A stretch of DNA of 32,000 bases. It comes from Desulfobulbus propionicus DSM 2032. GTDB taxonomy: Bacteria; Desulfobacterota; Desulfobulbia; Desulfobulbales; Desulfobulbaceae. Position 1 is the stretch's first letter. Each line of letters starts with the position of its first letter. The notes below the pieces were generated by a model, which worked only from the letters and a program-made list of their open reading frames with translations, searched no databases and was not told where the DNA came from. The stretch covers positions 1,500,001-1,532,000 of the forward strand of contig NC_014972.1 of assembly GCF_000186885.1 (NCBI RefSeq). The letters are read 5' to 3'. Shown one piece after another: positions 1-11,660 of this stretch. A program made the position numbers and the translations under genes.

Positions 1-510
1 GCTGATCATCGACAACCGCTGGCCCATGGTCTGGCCGTACTGATCGAGCAGGGAGAGCGGCAGGGAGGGGCTGTTGAGCGAGATGAACAGGATCGGGTCC
101 GAAGCGGGGTTGGTGCGGCGGAAGGAGGGCGGCGAGGGCATGTTGTCGGGCAGCCGGCGGTTGGCCAGCGAGATCGCGGTCTGCACATCCTGGGCCGCGG
201 CGTCGATGTCCCGCTCCAGGGAAAACTGGAGGGTGATCTGGGTCGAGCCGGTGGTGGACACCGAACTCATCGAATCAAGCCCGGCGATGGTGGAGAACTC
301 CTTTTCCAGCACCGTGGCCACGGTTGAGGCCATGGTGTCCGGGTTGGCGCCGGGCAGGTTGGCGGTGACCTGGATGGTGGGAAAATCGACGTTGGGCAGG
401 TCGCTGACCGCCAAGTGCCGGTAGCCGATCAGGCCGAACAGGAGGATGCTGCACATCACCAGCACGGTCATCACCGGCCGGCGGATGAAAAGATCGGAGG
501 TGCCGGTCAT
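1..510 (-). CDS. RND multidrug efflux permease (AcrB/MexB family), N-terminal fragment running off the window edge
   Basis: Minus-strand frame from ATG at 510 reads MTGTSDLFIRRPVMTVLVMCSILLFGLIGYRHLAVSDLPNVDFPTIQVTANLPGANPDTMATVATVLEKEFSTIAGLDSMSSVSTTGSTQITLQF, typical of an RND permease N-terminus. The supplied ORF track misses it because it is open at the edge. Confidence 0.95.
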   Translation of the reverse strand, partial: MTGTSDLFIRRPVMTVLVMCSILLFGLIGYRHLAVSDLPNVDFPTIQVTANLPGANPDTMASTVATVLEKEFSTIAGLDSMSSVSTTGSTQITLQFSLERDIDAAAQDVQTAISLANRRLPDNMPSPPSFRRTNPASDPILFISLNSPSLPLSLLDQYGQTMGQRLSMIS

Positions 511-1742
511 GGTGTCGTCTGCCTGGTGCCGTTGCCCGACTGCGCGTCCTGGACGGTGGCGCCACTTTCTCTGGCCTGATCGCGCCGTTCAATTTTGACC
601 CCGTCGGCCAACTGCAACTGACCGTCGATGACCACGAGCTCGCCCTCCGTGAGCCCCGAGTCGATCACCGCCCCTCCCTGATAGAGCATACCGGGCGTCA
701 CCGGCCGGTAGCTGACGGTTTGCTCGTCGGTGACCACATACACATAGGCGCCTTCCTGGCCGACCTGCACCGCCTGCGCGGGGACAACGATGCAGTCCGG
801 CCGTTGGGAGAGGACGACGCGCACATCGATCAGTTGTCCCGGCCACAACTGGCGGTCGCTGTTGACGAAACTGGCCTTGAGCCGCAGCATGCCGGTGGTC
901 GGATCAACGGTGTTGTCGATAAAGGCCAACGCACCGGCAACGGGGCTGCCGGCCGCGTGTTTCTGCGGGGTGGCCAACACCTTGAGGCTTTCGACGGCCT
1001 GGTAGCGGGCAATCTCCTGGAGGTGCTGGCCGGGGACGGTGAAGGTGGCCAGGATCGGCTGGATCCGTTTGAGGATGACCATCGGACTGTCGGCATTCTC
1101 CTTGATCAGGTTGCCCTGGTGGCTGAGCAATTCGCCGGTTCGCCCGGCAAAGGGTGCCCGGATCGAGCAGTATTCCAGCTCCAGCCGGGCCTTGTCGACC
1201 GCCGCCTCATCCGCCTTGACCGTGGCGGCGAGGGTGGCCACCCGGGTCGCCGCCTGATCGGCCTGTTCCTGCGACACATACCCTTTGTGCGCGGCCTGCG
1301 CGTAGCGGCCGGATTCACGCCGGGCATTGTCCAGCTCGGCCTTGTCCCCGGCTAGCTCGGCTTCGGCCTTGGCCAGGGCGGCGGCAAAGGGACGGGGGTC
1401 GATGGTGAACAGCAGCTCCCCGCCTTTCACCGTATCGCCTTCGCGGAAATGGACGGTCTTGAGCGTTCCAGTCACCTGCGAGCGGATCTCCACCGTGGCC
1501 GATGCTTCCACATGGCCGATGGCGGTCAATTCAACAGGCACTGTTTTTCTGCTGCTGGCCGCCACGCTCACCGGGATCGCCGCCCGTTTTTTCTGGCCGC
1601 TCTTTTCCTCGCGTTGTTGTGAACAGCCGCTCATGCAAAGCAGGGCCACCAGCCCGGTGAGGACGAGCAGGCAAAGAAGCGGGCAGGCGGATTGGGCAGA
1701 CCGGTCATGCGGCAGGAGAAAATGGTGGAAAAACAGCATCAT
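507..1742 (-). CDS. RND efflux periplasmic adaptor (membrane fusion protein), probable lipoprotein
   Basis: MFP features: IGHVEASATVEIRSQVTGTLKTVHFREGDTVKGGELLFTIDPRPF and a lipobox-like LLCMSGC. Overlaps the permease start by 4 nt. Confidence 0.93.
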   Translation of the reverse strand: MMLFFHHFLLPHDRSAQSACPLLCLLVLTGLVALLCMSGCSQQREEKSGQKKRAAIPVSVAASSRKTVPVELTAIGHVEASATVEIRSQVTGTLKTVHFREGDTVKGGELLFTIDPRPFAAALAKAEAELAGDKAELDNARRESGRYAQAAHKGYVSQEQADQAATRVATLAATVKADEAAVDKARLELEYCSIRAPFAGRTGELLSHQGNLIKENADSPMVILKRIQPILATFTVPGQHLQEIARYQAVESLKVLATPQKHAAGSPVAGALAFIDNTVDPTTGMLRLKASFVNSDRQLWPGQLIDVRVVLSQRPDCIVVPAQAVQVGQEGAYVYVVTDEQTVSYRPVTPGMLYQGGAVIDSGLTEGELVVIDGQLQLADGVKIERRDQARESGATVQDAQSGNGTRQTTP

Positions 1743-3214
1743 GGGATGTTCCTTGCGGGGAGCGTGGTCGTCGCGCGCGACAGGGTGGCCGCAGGAAGGG
1801 GTTGCGTCTGCCAGCCGCCGCCCAGGGCCTTGTAGAGGGTAAGCATGCCGATTGCCAGCCGCTGGCCGCTTTGTGCCAGTTTGTCCTGGGATTGGTAGAG
1901 AGCATTCTGGCTTTGCAACACATTGAGAAAGGGGGTGATTCCCGCCTGGTACTGGCCGTGGGCGATGACCACTGCCCGCTGACTGGCCTTGACCGCTTCC
2001 TGCAGAATCGCATGCGTTGTCCGTTCGCGCTCCAGGGTGACCAGGGCATTTTCCGTTTCCGTCAGCGCCGTCAGCACCGTTTGTTCATAGGTCAGCTCGG
2101 CACGCCGGCGCTGGGCCTCGCTGGCATCGACCGCCGCCCGTGCCGTGCCGCCGTCGAACAGGGGCCAGCGTACTGCGGGGCCGGCCGACCAGAAACGGCT
2201 GCCGCTGGCGATCAGATCGCCGAGCGAAGTGCTTTGCAGGCCGATCAGGGCGGAGAGGGAAAAACGGGGAAACAGATCGGCCGTGGCCGCGCCCACCGTG
2301 GCGGTGGCGACGGCCAGCCGGCGTTCGGCGCTGCGGATGTCGGGCCGCTGGCGCAGCAGTTCCGAGGGCAGGACATGGGGAAGATGCGGCGGCACCGGTG
2401 GCAGTGGCGCTTCCGCCGTCAGCTCCAGCTTCAGGGTTTGCGGTTGCTGGCCGAGAAGCAGGGCCAGTTGATGCATGGCTTGAGCGGCGCTGCTTTCCAG
2501 GAGCGGCATTTCCGCCCTGGTCTGGGCCAGCAGGGTTTCTGCCTGGGCCACCTCCAGATCGCTGCCCAACCCGAGGTGGAACTTGTTGCGCACCACCTCC
2601 ACGGTTTGTTCCTGGATGCGGCTGTTTTCCCGGGCAATGGCCAGCCGCTGCTGACTGGACCGCAGCTCGATGTAATTACGTGCCACCTCGGCGGCCAGGG
2701 AGACGCACACGCCGCGCCAATCTTCCACCGTGGCGGCCAGATTGGCCTCGGCGGCTTCGGCCTGGCGCCGGACACCGCCAAAGAGGTCGAGTTCCCACCC
2801 GGCATCGAACCCGGTTTCAAATACATCCTGATACCGGTCGCTGCTCTGGACGCGCTCGCTGCGGCGGCTGGTGGTGTAACTGCCGCCGAGATCGACGGAG
2901 GGCAACAGGGATGCGGTCGCGATTCGGCGGGCAGCCCGGGCCTCGACAACGCGCGTTTCGGCAATGCGCAGATCGGGATTGGCGGTCAGGGCCCGGGCGA
3001 TCAGCGAATCCAACAGCGGATCCCTGAACAGCGACCACCAGTGGGAGAGGGTGGTTGCCGGCGTATTCCCCGAACCGGTGCCCTCGCTCCATTGGCTGGG
3101 CATTGCCGTTTGCGGCGGCTGGTAATCGGGGCCGACCGGCGCACAGGCGGTCAAGAGGGCCACACTCAGCAGGAACAGGATCAATCGGTATGTACGGTGG
3201 TGTGGACAACCCAT
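1739..3214 (-). CDS. RND efflux outer membrane factor (NodT/OprM family lipoprotein)
   Basis: Start trimmed to MGCPHHRTYRLILFLLSVALLTACAPVGPDYQPPQ; TolC/OprM-like repeats (QLALLLGQQPQTL, LPSELLRQRPDIRSAERRLAVATATVGAATADLFPRFSLSALIG, GYQAGITPFLNVLQSQNALYQSQDKLAQS). Confidence 0.93.
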   Translation of the reverse strand: MGCPHHRTYRLILFLLSVALLTACAPVGPDYQPPQTAMPSQWSEGTGSGNTPATTLSHWWSLFRDPLLDSLIARALTANPDLRIAETRVVEARAARRIATASLLPSVDLGGSYTTSRRSERVQSSDRYQDVFETGFDAGWELDLFGGVRRQAEAAEANLAATVEDWRGVCVSLAAEVARNYIELRSSQQRLAIARENSRIQEQTVEVVRNKFHLGLGSDLEVAQAETLLAQTRAEMPLLESSAAQAMHQLALLLGQQPQTLKLELTAEAPLPPVPPHLPHVLPSELLRQRPDIRSAERRLAVATATVGAATADLFPRFSLSALIGLQSTSLGDLIASGSRFWSAGPAVRWPLFDGGTARAAVDASEAQRRRAELTYEQTVLTALTETENALVTLERERTTHAILQEAVKASQRAVVIAHGQYQAGITPFLNVLQSQNALYQSQDKLAQSGQRLAIGMLTLYKALGGGWQTQPLPAATLSRATTTLPARNIP

Positions 3215-3601
3215 GGAATGCGTGCCTGCCATGCAGGGTGGACGTGTCGATTTGCGGGAAAGAGAAAGGCCGTCGGGGCATCGGTCTCGCCAGGCGCGGA
3301 AATTCCTGAGTGAAGTTCCCGCGCCGTTGTCGCCTGGCACCTTGGGTGCCAAAGGCAGGATGATAAACAAAGCCTCCCTGTTTCACAATCACATTCAGGG
3401 CGCCGCGGACGATAAGCTCCCAAACGTTCATGGTGTGGCCGGAGTAAGGAGGAAAGTACGCGCAAGGAGGCTGGCGGCGATTGCGTGGAGCGGTGCTTTC
3501 ACTTTTTCGCAGTCAGAGGTATGGTGCGTTCAACCATCCTTTCCGGAGCGATCATCGGTTGTTTTGCCGATGCCGTTGCACTGATCAGGGAGAGAGAACA
3601 C

Positions 3602-4699
3602 ATGAACACCGCCATCAAGAAGGGGCTTGCCGGGCTGGGCGGCCTGCTGCTGATCGCCGCCGCTGTCCTGGCGTGGAACGTGTTGCGGCCCAATGGTCTT
3701 GCCGAGGGTTTTGCCGCCGGCAACGGCCGGATCGAGGCTGTGGAGATCGATATCGCCGCCAAAGGCGCTGGCCGAATCAAGGAAATCCTGGCCGGCGAGG
3801 GCGATTTTGTCACCCATGGCCAGATACTGGCTCGCATGGACACCCAGCAGTTGGAGGCGCAGCGTCGAGAGGCCGAAGCCCAGCTGCAACAGACCGGGTA
3901 CGCGGTGGACACCGCCAAGAGCCAGGTGGCCCAGCGCCTGAGCGAGAAAAACGCGGCCCAGGCCGTGCTTGCCCAGCGTCGGGCCGAGCTGGAGGCGGCC
4001 CGCAAGCGCTTGGAACGGTTCGAGGTGCTTTCCCGCCGCGGAGCCACCTCGGTGCAGGATCTGGATGATAATCGCGCCAAATTTCTCAGCGGTCAGGCAG
4101 CGGTGAGCGCTGCCGAAGCCCAGATCGCGGCGGCCGAGGCGGCGGTGATCACCGCCAAGTCACAGCTGCTCGGCAGCCAGTCGGCCGTGCAGGCGGTCCA
4201 GGCGACGATCGAACGGTTGCAGGCCGATATCGACGACGGTGTGCTCAAGGCGCCCACCGCCGGCCGCATCCAGTATCGGGTGGCCCAGCCGGGCGAGGTG
4301 TTGGCCGGCGGCGGCAAGGTGCTCAATCTGCTCGACCTGAGCGATGTCTACATGACTTTTTTCCTGCCCACGGAAAAGGCGGGCAAACTTGGCCTGGGCA
4401 GTGAGGTACGGTTGGTGCTCGATGCGGCCCCGCAGTTTGTCATACCGGCACGGATCTCCTACGTGGCCGATGTCGCCCAGTTCACCCCCAAAACGGTGGA
4501 AACCGCCAGCGAGCGGCAGAAGCTGATGTTTAGGGTCAAGGCCAGAATCGATCCGGAGCTGCTCAAAACCTACATCACCCACGTTAAAACCGGCCTGCCC
4601 GGCATGGCCTACGTGCGGCTGGATCAGTCCATCGACTGGCCGGCCCACTTGCGAGTCAATCTGCCCTCGTTGCCGCAGACCACCGCAGCCCAACCATGA
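3602..4699 (+). CDS. HlyD-family secretion protein (periplasmic adaptor of an ABC exporter)
   Basis: [32 protein letters not shown] signal anchor, then [47 protein letters not shown]; overlaps the following ABC gene. Confidence 0.92.
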   Translation: MNTAIKKGLAGLGGLLLIAAAVLAWNVLRPNGLAEGFAAGNGRIEAVEIDIAAKGAGRIKEILAGEGDFVTHGQILARMDTQQLEAQRREAEAQLQQTGYAVDTAKSQVAQRLSEKNAAQAVLAQRRAELEAARKRLERFEVLSRRGATSVQDLDDNRAKFLSGQAAVSAAEAQIAAAEAAVITAKSQLLGSQSAVQAVQATIERLQADIDDGVLKAPTAGRIQYRVAQPGEVLAGGGKVLNLLDLSDVYMTFFLPTEKAGKLGLGSEVRLVLDAAPQFVIPARISYVADVAQFTPKTVETASERQKLMFRVKARIDPELLKTYITHVKTGLPGMAYVRLDQSIDWPAHLRVNLPSLPQTTAAQP

Positions 4700-7470
4700 A
4701 TACCTCCGCAGCCGAGCCGGTTGCCCGACTGGCGGGCGTCACCCTGCGCTACGGTTCGACCCTGGCCCTGAACGGGATCACCCTGGACCTGCCCGCCGGG
4801 CACATGGCCGGCCTGATCGGGCCGGACGGGGTCGGCAAATCGAGTCTTCTTGCCCTGGTGGCCGGGGCCCATGTCATCCAGCAGGGGCAGATATGGGTGC
4901 TCGGCGGCGACATGTCCCGGCGCCGCCATCGCGAGGCGGTCTGCCCGCGCATTGCCTACATGCCCCAGGGACTGGGCAAGAATCTCTATCCCACGTTGTC
5001 GGTTATTGAAAACATTGATTTTTTCGGCCGCCTCTTTGGCCAGGGGCCAGCGGAGCGGAGGTGGCGGATCGATCACCTGCTGGCCAGCACCGGCCTGACG
5101 CCCTTTGGCGAGCGTCCGGCCGGCAAGCTCTCCGGCGGCATGAAGCAGAAGCTGGGCCTCTGCTGTGCCTTGATCCACGATCCGGATCTGTTGATTCTCG
5201 ACGAACCGACCACCGGCGTCGACCCCCTGTCCCGGGCTCAGTTCTGGAGTCTGATCGAAGGGATTCGCACCTCGCGGCCGGGGATGAGTGTGTTGGTGGC
5301 CACGGCCTACATGGAGGAAGCCGCCCATTTCGACTGGTTGGCAGTGATGGAAGAGGGGAAGGTGCTGGCCACGGGGGCGCCTGCGGAGCTGCTGGCGCGG
5401 ACCGCCGCCGGGACCCTGGAAGAGGCTTTCGTCGCGCTGTTGCCCGAGGATCGCCGTCGCGAGCACCTGCCGGTACGGATCCCGCCGCGCAACGCGGCGC
5501 AGGATGGGGTGACGGCGATCGAAGCCCGGGAACTGACCATGCGCTTTGGCGATTTTGTCGCGGTCGACCGGGTCAGTTTCCAGATCAAGAGCGGCGAAAT
5601 TTTTGGATTCCTCGGCTCCAACGGCTGCGGCAAGACCACCACCATGAAGATGCTCACCGGCCTGCTGCCGGCATCCGGCGGCCACGCCTGGCTGTTTGGC
5701 CAGCCGGTCAACCCCCGGGATATCGACACCCGCCGCCGGGTCGGCTACATGACCCAGTCCTTTTCCCTGTACGCCGAACTGAGCGTGGCCCAGAACCTGG
5801 AGCTGCACGCCCGTTTGTTCAACGTGCCGGCCGAGAAAATACCCGGACGAGTGCGCGAGATGGCCGAGCGGTTCGGTCTGGCCGACGTGATGACCGCTCT
5901 GCCCGGCAATCTGCCCTTGGGCCAGCGGCAGCGGCTGTCCCTGGCCGTGGCCATGATCCACAAGCCGGAGATGCTGATCCTCGACGAGCCGACCTCGGGG
6001 GTCGACCCCATCGCCCGCGACCGTTTTTGGCAGAGCATGATCGACCTGGCCCGCAACGACGGGGTCACCATCTTCATCTCCACCCATTTCATGAACGAGG
6101 CCGAGCGCTGCGACCGTATTTCCCTGATGCATGCCGGTCGGGTGCTGATCAGCGACAGCCCGGCGGCAATCAAGGCCAAGCGCGGGGCCGCGACCCTGGA
6201 ACAGGCCTTTATCGGCTATCTTGCCGAGGCCGGCGCGCAGGGCGGCACGGTCGAACCGTCGAACGCGCAACCGGCTTCTCCTCCCGCGACGATCGATCCG
6301 GCAACCGATCCATCCCGCGCACCGGCCTCTCACCCGCGGCGCCGGTTCAGTCTGGCCCGGGCCTTGAGCTACGCGCGGCGCGAATCCATGGAACTGCGGC
6401 GCGATCCGGTGCGCGCCACCCTGGCCTTGCTGGGCAGCGTCATCCTGATGGTGGTCATGGGGTACGGTATCAGCTACGATGTCGAGGATTTGCCCTTTGC
6501 CGTGCTCGACCGGGACCAAACCACCGCTAGCCGCGACTACATTCTCAATTTGAGCGGTTCCCGATACTTCATCGAACATCCGCCCCTGGCCGACTATGCC
6601 GAGCTGGACCGGCGGATGCGCGCGGGCGAAATCAGCCTGGCCCTGGAGATGCCACCCGGATTCGGCCGTGATCTGGCGCGCGGCAGACCGGTGGTCATCG
6701 GCGCCTGGATCGACGGGGCCATGCCGCAGCGGGCGGAAACCATTCAGGGCTATGTCAACGGCATGCATGGCCTGTGGCTGGCCAGTCTGCGCGGCCGCCA
6801 GTCTTCAGCCATGGGCGACGCCTCTCCATTCACGGTCGAAACCCGCTACCGGTACAACCCGGATGTCAAGAGCCTCGTAGCCATGGTGCCGGCGGTGATC
6901 CCCTTGCTGCTGATCATGATTCCGGCCATGCTCACCACGCTGAGCGTGGTGCGGGAGAAAGAACTGGGATCGATCATCAATCTCTACGTCACTCCGGTGA
7001 CCCGGATGGAATTCCTGCTCGGCAAGCAGCTGCCGTACATCGGCTTGGCCATGGCGAATTTTTTCCTGTTGGCGTTGATGGCGGTGACCCTGTTTGGCGT
7101 GCCCGTCCGGGGCGATCTTCTCGCCCTGATCGTGGCGGCCCTGCTTTATGTGTCCGCAGCCACCGCCCTCGGGTTGCTGATTTCCTCGTTCATGCGCAGT
7201 CAGGTGGCGGCCATTTTCGGGACCGCCATCCTCACCATCCTGCCGTCGGTCAATTTTTCCGGCATGACCAATCCGGTCACCTCCCAGGAGGGGTTGGGGC
7301 GGGTGATCGGCACCCTCTATCCCACCGCCCACTTTCTCACCATCAGCCGGGGTATCTTTGCCAAGGGGTTGGGCTTTGCCGATCTCCCCGTTCAATTTCT
7401 GGTGCTGCTGGTTACCATTCCGCTCTTGCTGGGAGCGTGCGCAATGCTGTTGAAAAAACAGGAGGGCTGA
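4696..7470 (+). CDS. rbbA: RbbA-type protein: two ABC ATPase domains fused to an ABC-2 permease
   Basis: Two Walker A motifs ([18 protein letters not shown]), two signature motifs ([20 protein letters not shown]), C-terminal ABC-2 membrane domain. The N-terminus closely matches remembered RbbA/YhiH sequences. Confidence 0.88.
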   Translation: MNTSAAEPVARLAGVTLRYGSTLALNGITLDLPAGHMAGLIGPDGVGKSSLLALVAGAHVIQQGQIWVLGGDMSRRRHREAVCPRIAYMPQGLGKNLYPTLSVIENIDFFGRLFGQGPAERRWRIDHLLASTGLTPFGERPAGKLSGGMKQKLGLCCALIHDPDLLILDEPTTGVDPLSRAQFWSLIEGIRTSRPGMSVLVATAYMEEAAHFDWLAVMEEGKVLATGAPAELLARTAAGTLEEAFVALLPEDRRREHLPVRIPPRNAAQDGVTAIEARELTMRFGDFVAVDRVSFQIKSGEIFGFLGSNGCGKTTTMKMLTGLLPASGGHAWLFGQPVNPRDIDTRRRVGYMTQSFSLYAELSVAQNLELHARLFNVPAEKIPGRVREMAERFGLADVMTALPGNLPLGQRQRLSLAVAMIHKPEMLILDEPTSGVDPIARDRFWQSMIDLARNDGVTIFISTHFMNEAERCDRISLMHAGRVLISDSPAAIKAKRGAATLEQAFIGYLAEAGAQGGTVEPSNAQPASPPATIDPATDPSRAPASHPRRRFSLARALSYARRESMELRRDPVRATLALLGSVILMVVMGYGISYDVEDLPFAVLDRDQTTASRDYILNLSGSRYFIEHPPLADYAELDRRMRAGEISLALEMPPGFGRDLARGRPVVIGAWIDGAMPQRAETIQGYVNGMHGLWLASLRGRQSSAMGDASPFTVETRYRYNPDVKSLVAMVPAVIPLLLIMIPAMLTTLSVVREKELGSIINLYVTPVTRMEFLLGKQLPYIGLAMANFFLLALMAVTLFGVPVRGDLLALIVAALLYVSAATALGLLISSFMRSQVAAIFGTAILTILPSVNFSGMTNPVTSQEGLGRVIGTLYPTAHFLTISRGIFAKGLGFADLPVQFLVLLVTIPLLLGACAMLLKKQEG

Positions 7471-7472
7471 GG

Positions 7473-8594
7473 ATGCGAGCCGCCAACATCGTCCATCTGG
7501 GAAACAAGGAACTGCGCAGTCTGGCCCGTGACCCCATTCTGCTGTTTCTAATCGTCTACTCGTTCACCATCGGTGTGTATGCCTCGGCCACCGCCATGCC
7601 CGACTCGCTCAACAAGGCACCGATCGCCATTGTCGACGAGGATGGCTCGCCCCTGTCGTCCCGTATTGCCTCCGCCTTTTATCCACCCCACTTCTTGGTC
7701 CCGGTGCAGATCAGCCAGCCGGAGATGGATGCGCGCATGGATCAGGGACTTGATACCTTTGCCCTCGATATTCCCCCCAACTTCCAGCGCGATCTTCTTG
7801 CGGGCCGCAGCCCGGCCATTCAGCTCAACATCGATGCCACCCGCATGTCCCAGGCCTTTACCGGCAATGGCTATATCCAGGCAATCCTCGACGGCGAGAT
7901 AGCCGAGTTCCTCCAACGCTCCCGTTCCGCCGACCCTTCGCCGGTGGAGCTCAACCTGCGCCACCGCTTCAACCCGTCGCTGACCCAGGCCTGGTTTGGC
8001 GCGGTGATGGAGGTGATCAACAATGTCACCATGCTCTCCATTATTCTTACCGGCGCCTCCCTGATCCGCGAGCGGGAGCACGGTACGGTCGAGCATCTGC
8101 TGGTCATGCCGGTGACGCCGGGCGAGATCATGATCAGCAAGGCATCGGCCATGGGGTTGGTGGTGATTGTCGCCAGCGCCCTGTCGTTGGTACTGGTAGT
8201 CCAGGGATTGCTTGCGGTGCAGATCGAAGGATCCTTGCTGCTGTTTTTCGCCGGCACCGGGCTGCATCTCTTTGCCACCACCTCGATGGGCATCTTCATG
8301 GGCACCCTTGCCCGGTCCATGCCCCAATTCGGCCTGTTGATGATGCTGGTGCTGCTGCCCCTGGAGATGCTCTCCGGGGGCGTGACCCCCAGGGAGAGCA
8401 TGCCAACCGTCGTTCAGCTCGTGATGGAGGCCGCGCCCACCACCCACTTTGTCGCTCTGGCCCAGGCCATTTTGTACCGGGGCGCAGGCTTTGCGGTGGT
8501 CTGGCCGCACTTTGCCGCCCTGGTGCTGATCGGCGCGCTGCTCTTTTCTCTGTCGCTGGCGCGCTTCCGCCGCACCATCGGCCTGATGGCCTGA
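7473..8594 (+). CDS. yhhJ: ABC-2 type permease, YhhJ-like
   Basis: MRAANIVHLGNKELRSLARDPILLFLIVYSFTIGVYASATAMPDSLNKAPIAIVDEDGSPLSSRI; C-terminal GTVEHLLVMPVTPGEIMISK permease pattern; directly after rbbA. Confidence 0.88.
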   Translation: MRAANIVHLGNKELRSLARDPILLFLIVYSFTIGVYASATAMPDSLNKAPIAIVDEDGSPLSSRIASAFYPPHFLVPVQISQPEMDARMDQGLDTFALDIPPNFQRDLLAGRSPAIQLNIDATRMSQAFTGNGYIQAILDGEIAEFLQRSRSADPSPVELNLRHRFNPSLTQAWFGAVMEVINNVTMLSIILTGASLIREREHGTVEHLLVMPVTPGEIMISKASAMGLVVIVASALSLVLVVQGLLAVQIEGSLLLFFAGTGLHLFATTSMGIFMGTLARSMPQFGLLMMLVLLPLEMLSGGVTPRESMPTVVQLVMEAAPTTHFVALAQAILYRGAGFAVVWPHFAALVLIGALLFSLSLARFRRTIGLMA

Positions 8595-8881
8595 GCGATG
8601 CGAAAATGGCGCAAGGGTGAATGGTCTGTAATATGTTGAAATAAAATGAATTAGTTCTCTGGCCTTTCTTTTGTTAGAAAACGGTTAGCGGACTGTTTTT
8701 TTGGTGTCATAATTGAGTGAGAAAGGTAAAGTCGGTCCGGCTTGGAACGCCTTGCTCTTCTTGCTGAGGAGGTTGCTCCTCTGACCATGGAAAAGGGCTC
8801 GGGGCTTGATTGGTTCATGACCAACGCGAGGTTCCCGGCTGCCTTGAGGACTTTTACTCCAACACGAACAAGAGAACGATT

Positions 8882-9526
8882 ATGAACCTTGGTTTTCTCG
8901 CCAAATTGCTGCCGCCGCCGGAAAACAAATTCTATCAGTATTTCGAGGAGGCCGCCGAGGTCTGTGAACTCTCCTCCCAGCTGTTTTACCAAATTGTCCA
9001 TTCCGATTTGAAGGAACGGGAGGAATATCTCATCCACGCCAAGACCTACAAGCGGCGGGCGGTGGTTGCCCTGGAGGGCAGCCTGGCGCTGCTCAACGCC
9101 TCGTTCATCACCCCCATCGACCGGGAAGACATCCAGTTGATCACCTCCAACCTCTACAAGAGCACCAAGGTCATTCTCAAGGCCTGCGTGAACCTCCGCA
9201 TTTACAAGATCGAGGCTTACAATGAAATTGTCAAGAAACAGGCCGAGATCCTGATCAAGTCGGCGGAGGAGTTGCGCACCATCATCTCGATGTTGAAAAA
9301 TAACGCCTCGCTCGAAGACATCACCGACTGCAACTCACGGATCAAGGATATCGAGAATCGGGGCGACGAGATTCTGTTCACCGCCACCGAAGAAATCTTT
9401 TCCGGCAAATACGACGCGCTCTATGTGCTCAAGCTGCGGGATATTTACAAGGGGATCGAGAACGCCCTCGATATCTGCTCGGTCATTTCCGATCTGATCC
9501 TCAATATCGCCCTCAAACACAGATAA
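8882..9526 (+). CDS. DUF47 family phosphate transport regulator (PhoU-like)
   Basis: MNLGFLAKLLPPPENKFYQYFEEAAEVCELSS... DCNSRIKDIENRGDEILFTATEEIFSGKYDALYVLKLRDIYKGIENALDICSVISDLI; upstream of a Pit transporter. Confidence 0.9.
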   Translation: MNLGFLAKLLPPPENKFYQYFEEAAEVCELSSQLFYQIVHSDLKEREEYLIHAKTYKRRAVVALEGSLALLNASFITPIDREDIQLITSNLYKSTKVILKACVNLRIYKIEAYNEIVKKQAEILIKSAEELRTIISMLKNNASLEDITDCNSRIKDIENRGDEILFTATEEIFSGKYDALYVLKLRDIYKGIENALDICSVISDLILNIALKHR

Positions 9527-9602
9527 CTTTCTCCATCATTTTTCCGCACGCGGCAACCACCCTTGCCGCGTCTGCCTGTCACGGAAAAGAGGACGTGCAT
9601 TC

Positions 9603-10586
9603 ATGGTTCTGACCCTGCTTATTTGTGTGATCGTCACCGCGCTTGTCTTTGAATATATCAACGGCTTTCACGATTCCGCCAACGCCATCGCCACGGTGGT
9701 GTCGACCAAGGTGCTCACCGCTCGCGCCGCGGTTATTTATGCCGGATTGCTCAATATCGCTGGGGCCTTCATGGGCACCCACGTGGCCAGCACCATCGGC
9801 AGGGGCATTGTCTCCACCGAAAGCGTCACCCAGGGGGTGATTCTCTGCGCCCTGCTGTCGGCCATCATCTGGAATCTGATCACCTGGTACTACGGCATTC
9901 CTTCCAGCTCTTCACACGCCTTGATCGGCGGCCTCATGGGGGCCACGATCTCCAAGGCCGGGTATCACGTGGTGCATTTCGACGGCGTGACCAAAAAAGT
10001 GCTCATGCCGATGGTCACCTCGCCGCTGATCGGGTTTGGCATCGGCTTTTTGTGCATGGTCCTTATTCTGTGGTTGTGCTCCAGGGCCAATCCCAATACG
10101 GTCAACAAATATTTTAAGAAGCTGCAGCTCGTTTCTTCCGGGATCATGGCGCTCAGCCACGGCAGCAACGATGCCCAGAAGACCATGGGCATCATCACCC
10201 TGGCCCTGGTCAGCTACCACACCCTGGACACCTTCGAGGTTCCTTACTGGGTCATTCTTGGCTGCGCGGTGACCATGGGCCTCGGCACCATGGCCGGCGG
10301 CTGGCGGATCATCCGCACCATGGGCAGCAAGATGATCAAACTCAAGCCGGTGCACGGTTTTGCCGCCGAAACCTCGGCTGCGGCCGTTATCCTCACCGCC
10401 TCCCATTTCGGTATTCCGGTCAGTACCACCCATATCATTTCCACCTCGATCATGGGCGTGGGCAGCACCCGGGGCATCCATGCCCTCAAATGGGGTATCG
10501 TCGGCAACATCGTCATGGCCTGGATTCTGACCATCCCGGTATGCATGGTGATTGCCGCCGTCCTCTACCGCATCCTGCCGGTCTGA
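9603..10586 (+). CDS. pit: Inorganic phosphate transporter, PiT family
   Basis: Duplicated PiT signature motifs: FEYINGFHDSANAIATVVSTKVL and GIMALSHGSNDAQKTMGIITLAL; many predicted TM segments. Confidence 0.93.
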   Translation: MVLTLLICVIVTALVFEYINGFHDSANAIATVVSTKVLTARAAVIYAGLLNIAGAFMGTHVASTIGRGIVSTESVTQGVILCALLSAIIWNLITWYYGIPSSSSHALIGGLMGATISKAGYHVVHFDGVTKKVLMPMVTSPLIGFGIGFLCMVLILWLCSRANPNTVNKYFKKLQLVSSGIMALSHGSNDAQKTMGIITLALVSYHTLDTFEVPYWVILGCAVTMGLGTMAGGWRIIRTMGSKMIKLKPVHGFAAETSAAAVILTASHFGIPVSTTHIISTSIMGVGSTRGIHALKWGIVGNIVMAWILTIPVCMVIAAVLYRILPV

Positions 10587-10913
10587 AGCGCTGCGCCGTT
10601 CTGCTGAGCAGGCCGGCGCAACCATTTCCGAGCCAATCGATGATTGTGTCCCTGGTCGGAAGCAACGGCCAATGACGTGCCGGCATTCTCCGGCATCCTT
10701 CTTCCACTGATTCTCTCCCACCCGTCTTCCGCGAGAGCGGCGTCAATCCTTCCCTTTCGTGGTCCGGCGGCAAATCCCACAAGCCACAGCCAGTCAATCC
10801 TCTCCATCCCGGCACATTGCTCGTCCTGAACTTTGTCTGTAAACAGAAGAATGCGGCCAACAATGTGATAGAGTATTATGAAAGCACTAGGCAGTCGGAG
10901 GGAGGAGAATGCA

Positions 10914-11660
10914 ATGAACTGGCAAGCGATTGTGCTCGTGACAATGGGTCTGATGCTAACGGTGCATGATGCCTGGGCTGACAAGGACAGGGAGGAGAAG
11001 ATGCGAACAGCACGAAAACGGATGGTACAGGAAATCGAGGTGGATGTGATGGAAACCTCGAGGTACATCGGTCGTGGTCAACTCAGCGCGGAAGTCATGC
11101 GGGTGATGGAGGAAGTGCCCCGGCATGAATTTGTCCCGTCGTATGAGCAGGGGGCGGCGTATCTCAACCGTCCGTTGCCGATCGGCTATGGACAGACCAT
11201 TTCTCAGCCCTACATTGTGGCGCTGATGACCGATCTGCTGGCTGTTTCCAAGGAGGGCAAAATTCTTGAGGTGGGAGCAGGTTCAGGCTACCAGGCCGCA
11301 GTGTTGTCCCGCTTGGTCAACGAAGTGCATTCAATTGAAATCATTCCGGAGTTGGCCAAGGAATGCCGGGAACGGCTGGCGCGCTTGGGCTACGCCAACG
11401 TCACCATCCACCAAGGCGATGGATACTACGGACTGCAAAGTGAAGCCCCATTCGATGCCATCGTGGTCACCGCCGCCGCCACTTCCATCCCGCCGCCCCT
11501 GGTCCAGCAGTTGAAACCGGGCGGCCGCCTGGTCATCCCGGTGGGCACGCCGTTTGCCGTGCAGCATCTGATGCTGGTTGAAAAGAATGAACAGGGAGAG
11601 ATTGCCATGCGTCAGGTACTACCCGTGCAGTTCGTGCCGCTGACCGGAAAGCGTGAGTGA
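10914..11660 (+). CDS. pcm: Protein-L-isoaspartate O-methyltransferase with N-terminal signal peptide
   Basis: MVQEIEVDVMETSRYIGRGQLSAEVMRVMEEVPRHEFVP, LPIGYGQTISQPYIVALMTDLL and ILEVGAGSGYQAAVLSRL match PCMT; preceded by MNWQAIVLVTMGLMLTVHDAWA. Confidence 0.93.
   Translation: MNWQAIVLVTMGLMLTVHDAWADKDREEKMRTARKRMVQEIEVDVMETSRYIGRGQLSAEVMRVMEEVPRHEFVPSYEQGAAYLNRPLPIGYGQTISQPYIVALMTDLLAVSKEGKILEVGAGSGYQAAVLSRLVNEVHSIEIIPELAKECRERLARLGYANVTIHQGDGYYGLQSEAPFDAIVVTAAATSIPPPLVQQLKPGGRLVIPVGTPFAVQHLMLVEKNEQGEIAMRQVLPVQFVPLTGKRE

Noticed and set aside
720-1355. Long ORFs antisense to the RND genes (also 1802..3313, 2140..3027 plus strand)
   Set aside because: Low-complexity Arg/Gly/Pro/Ala-rich shadows of a GC-rich coding strand; the opposite-strand proteins have clear family motifs.
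4624-6768. 714-aa minus-strand ORF opposite rbbA, plus 489-aa plus-strand ORF 5061..6530
   Set aside because: Alternate-frame shadows of a well-supported ABC transporter gene with intact Walker and signature motifs.
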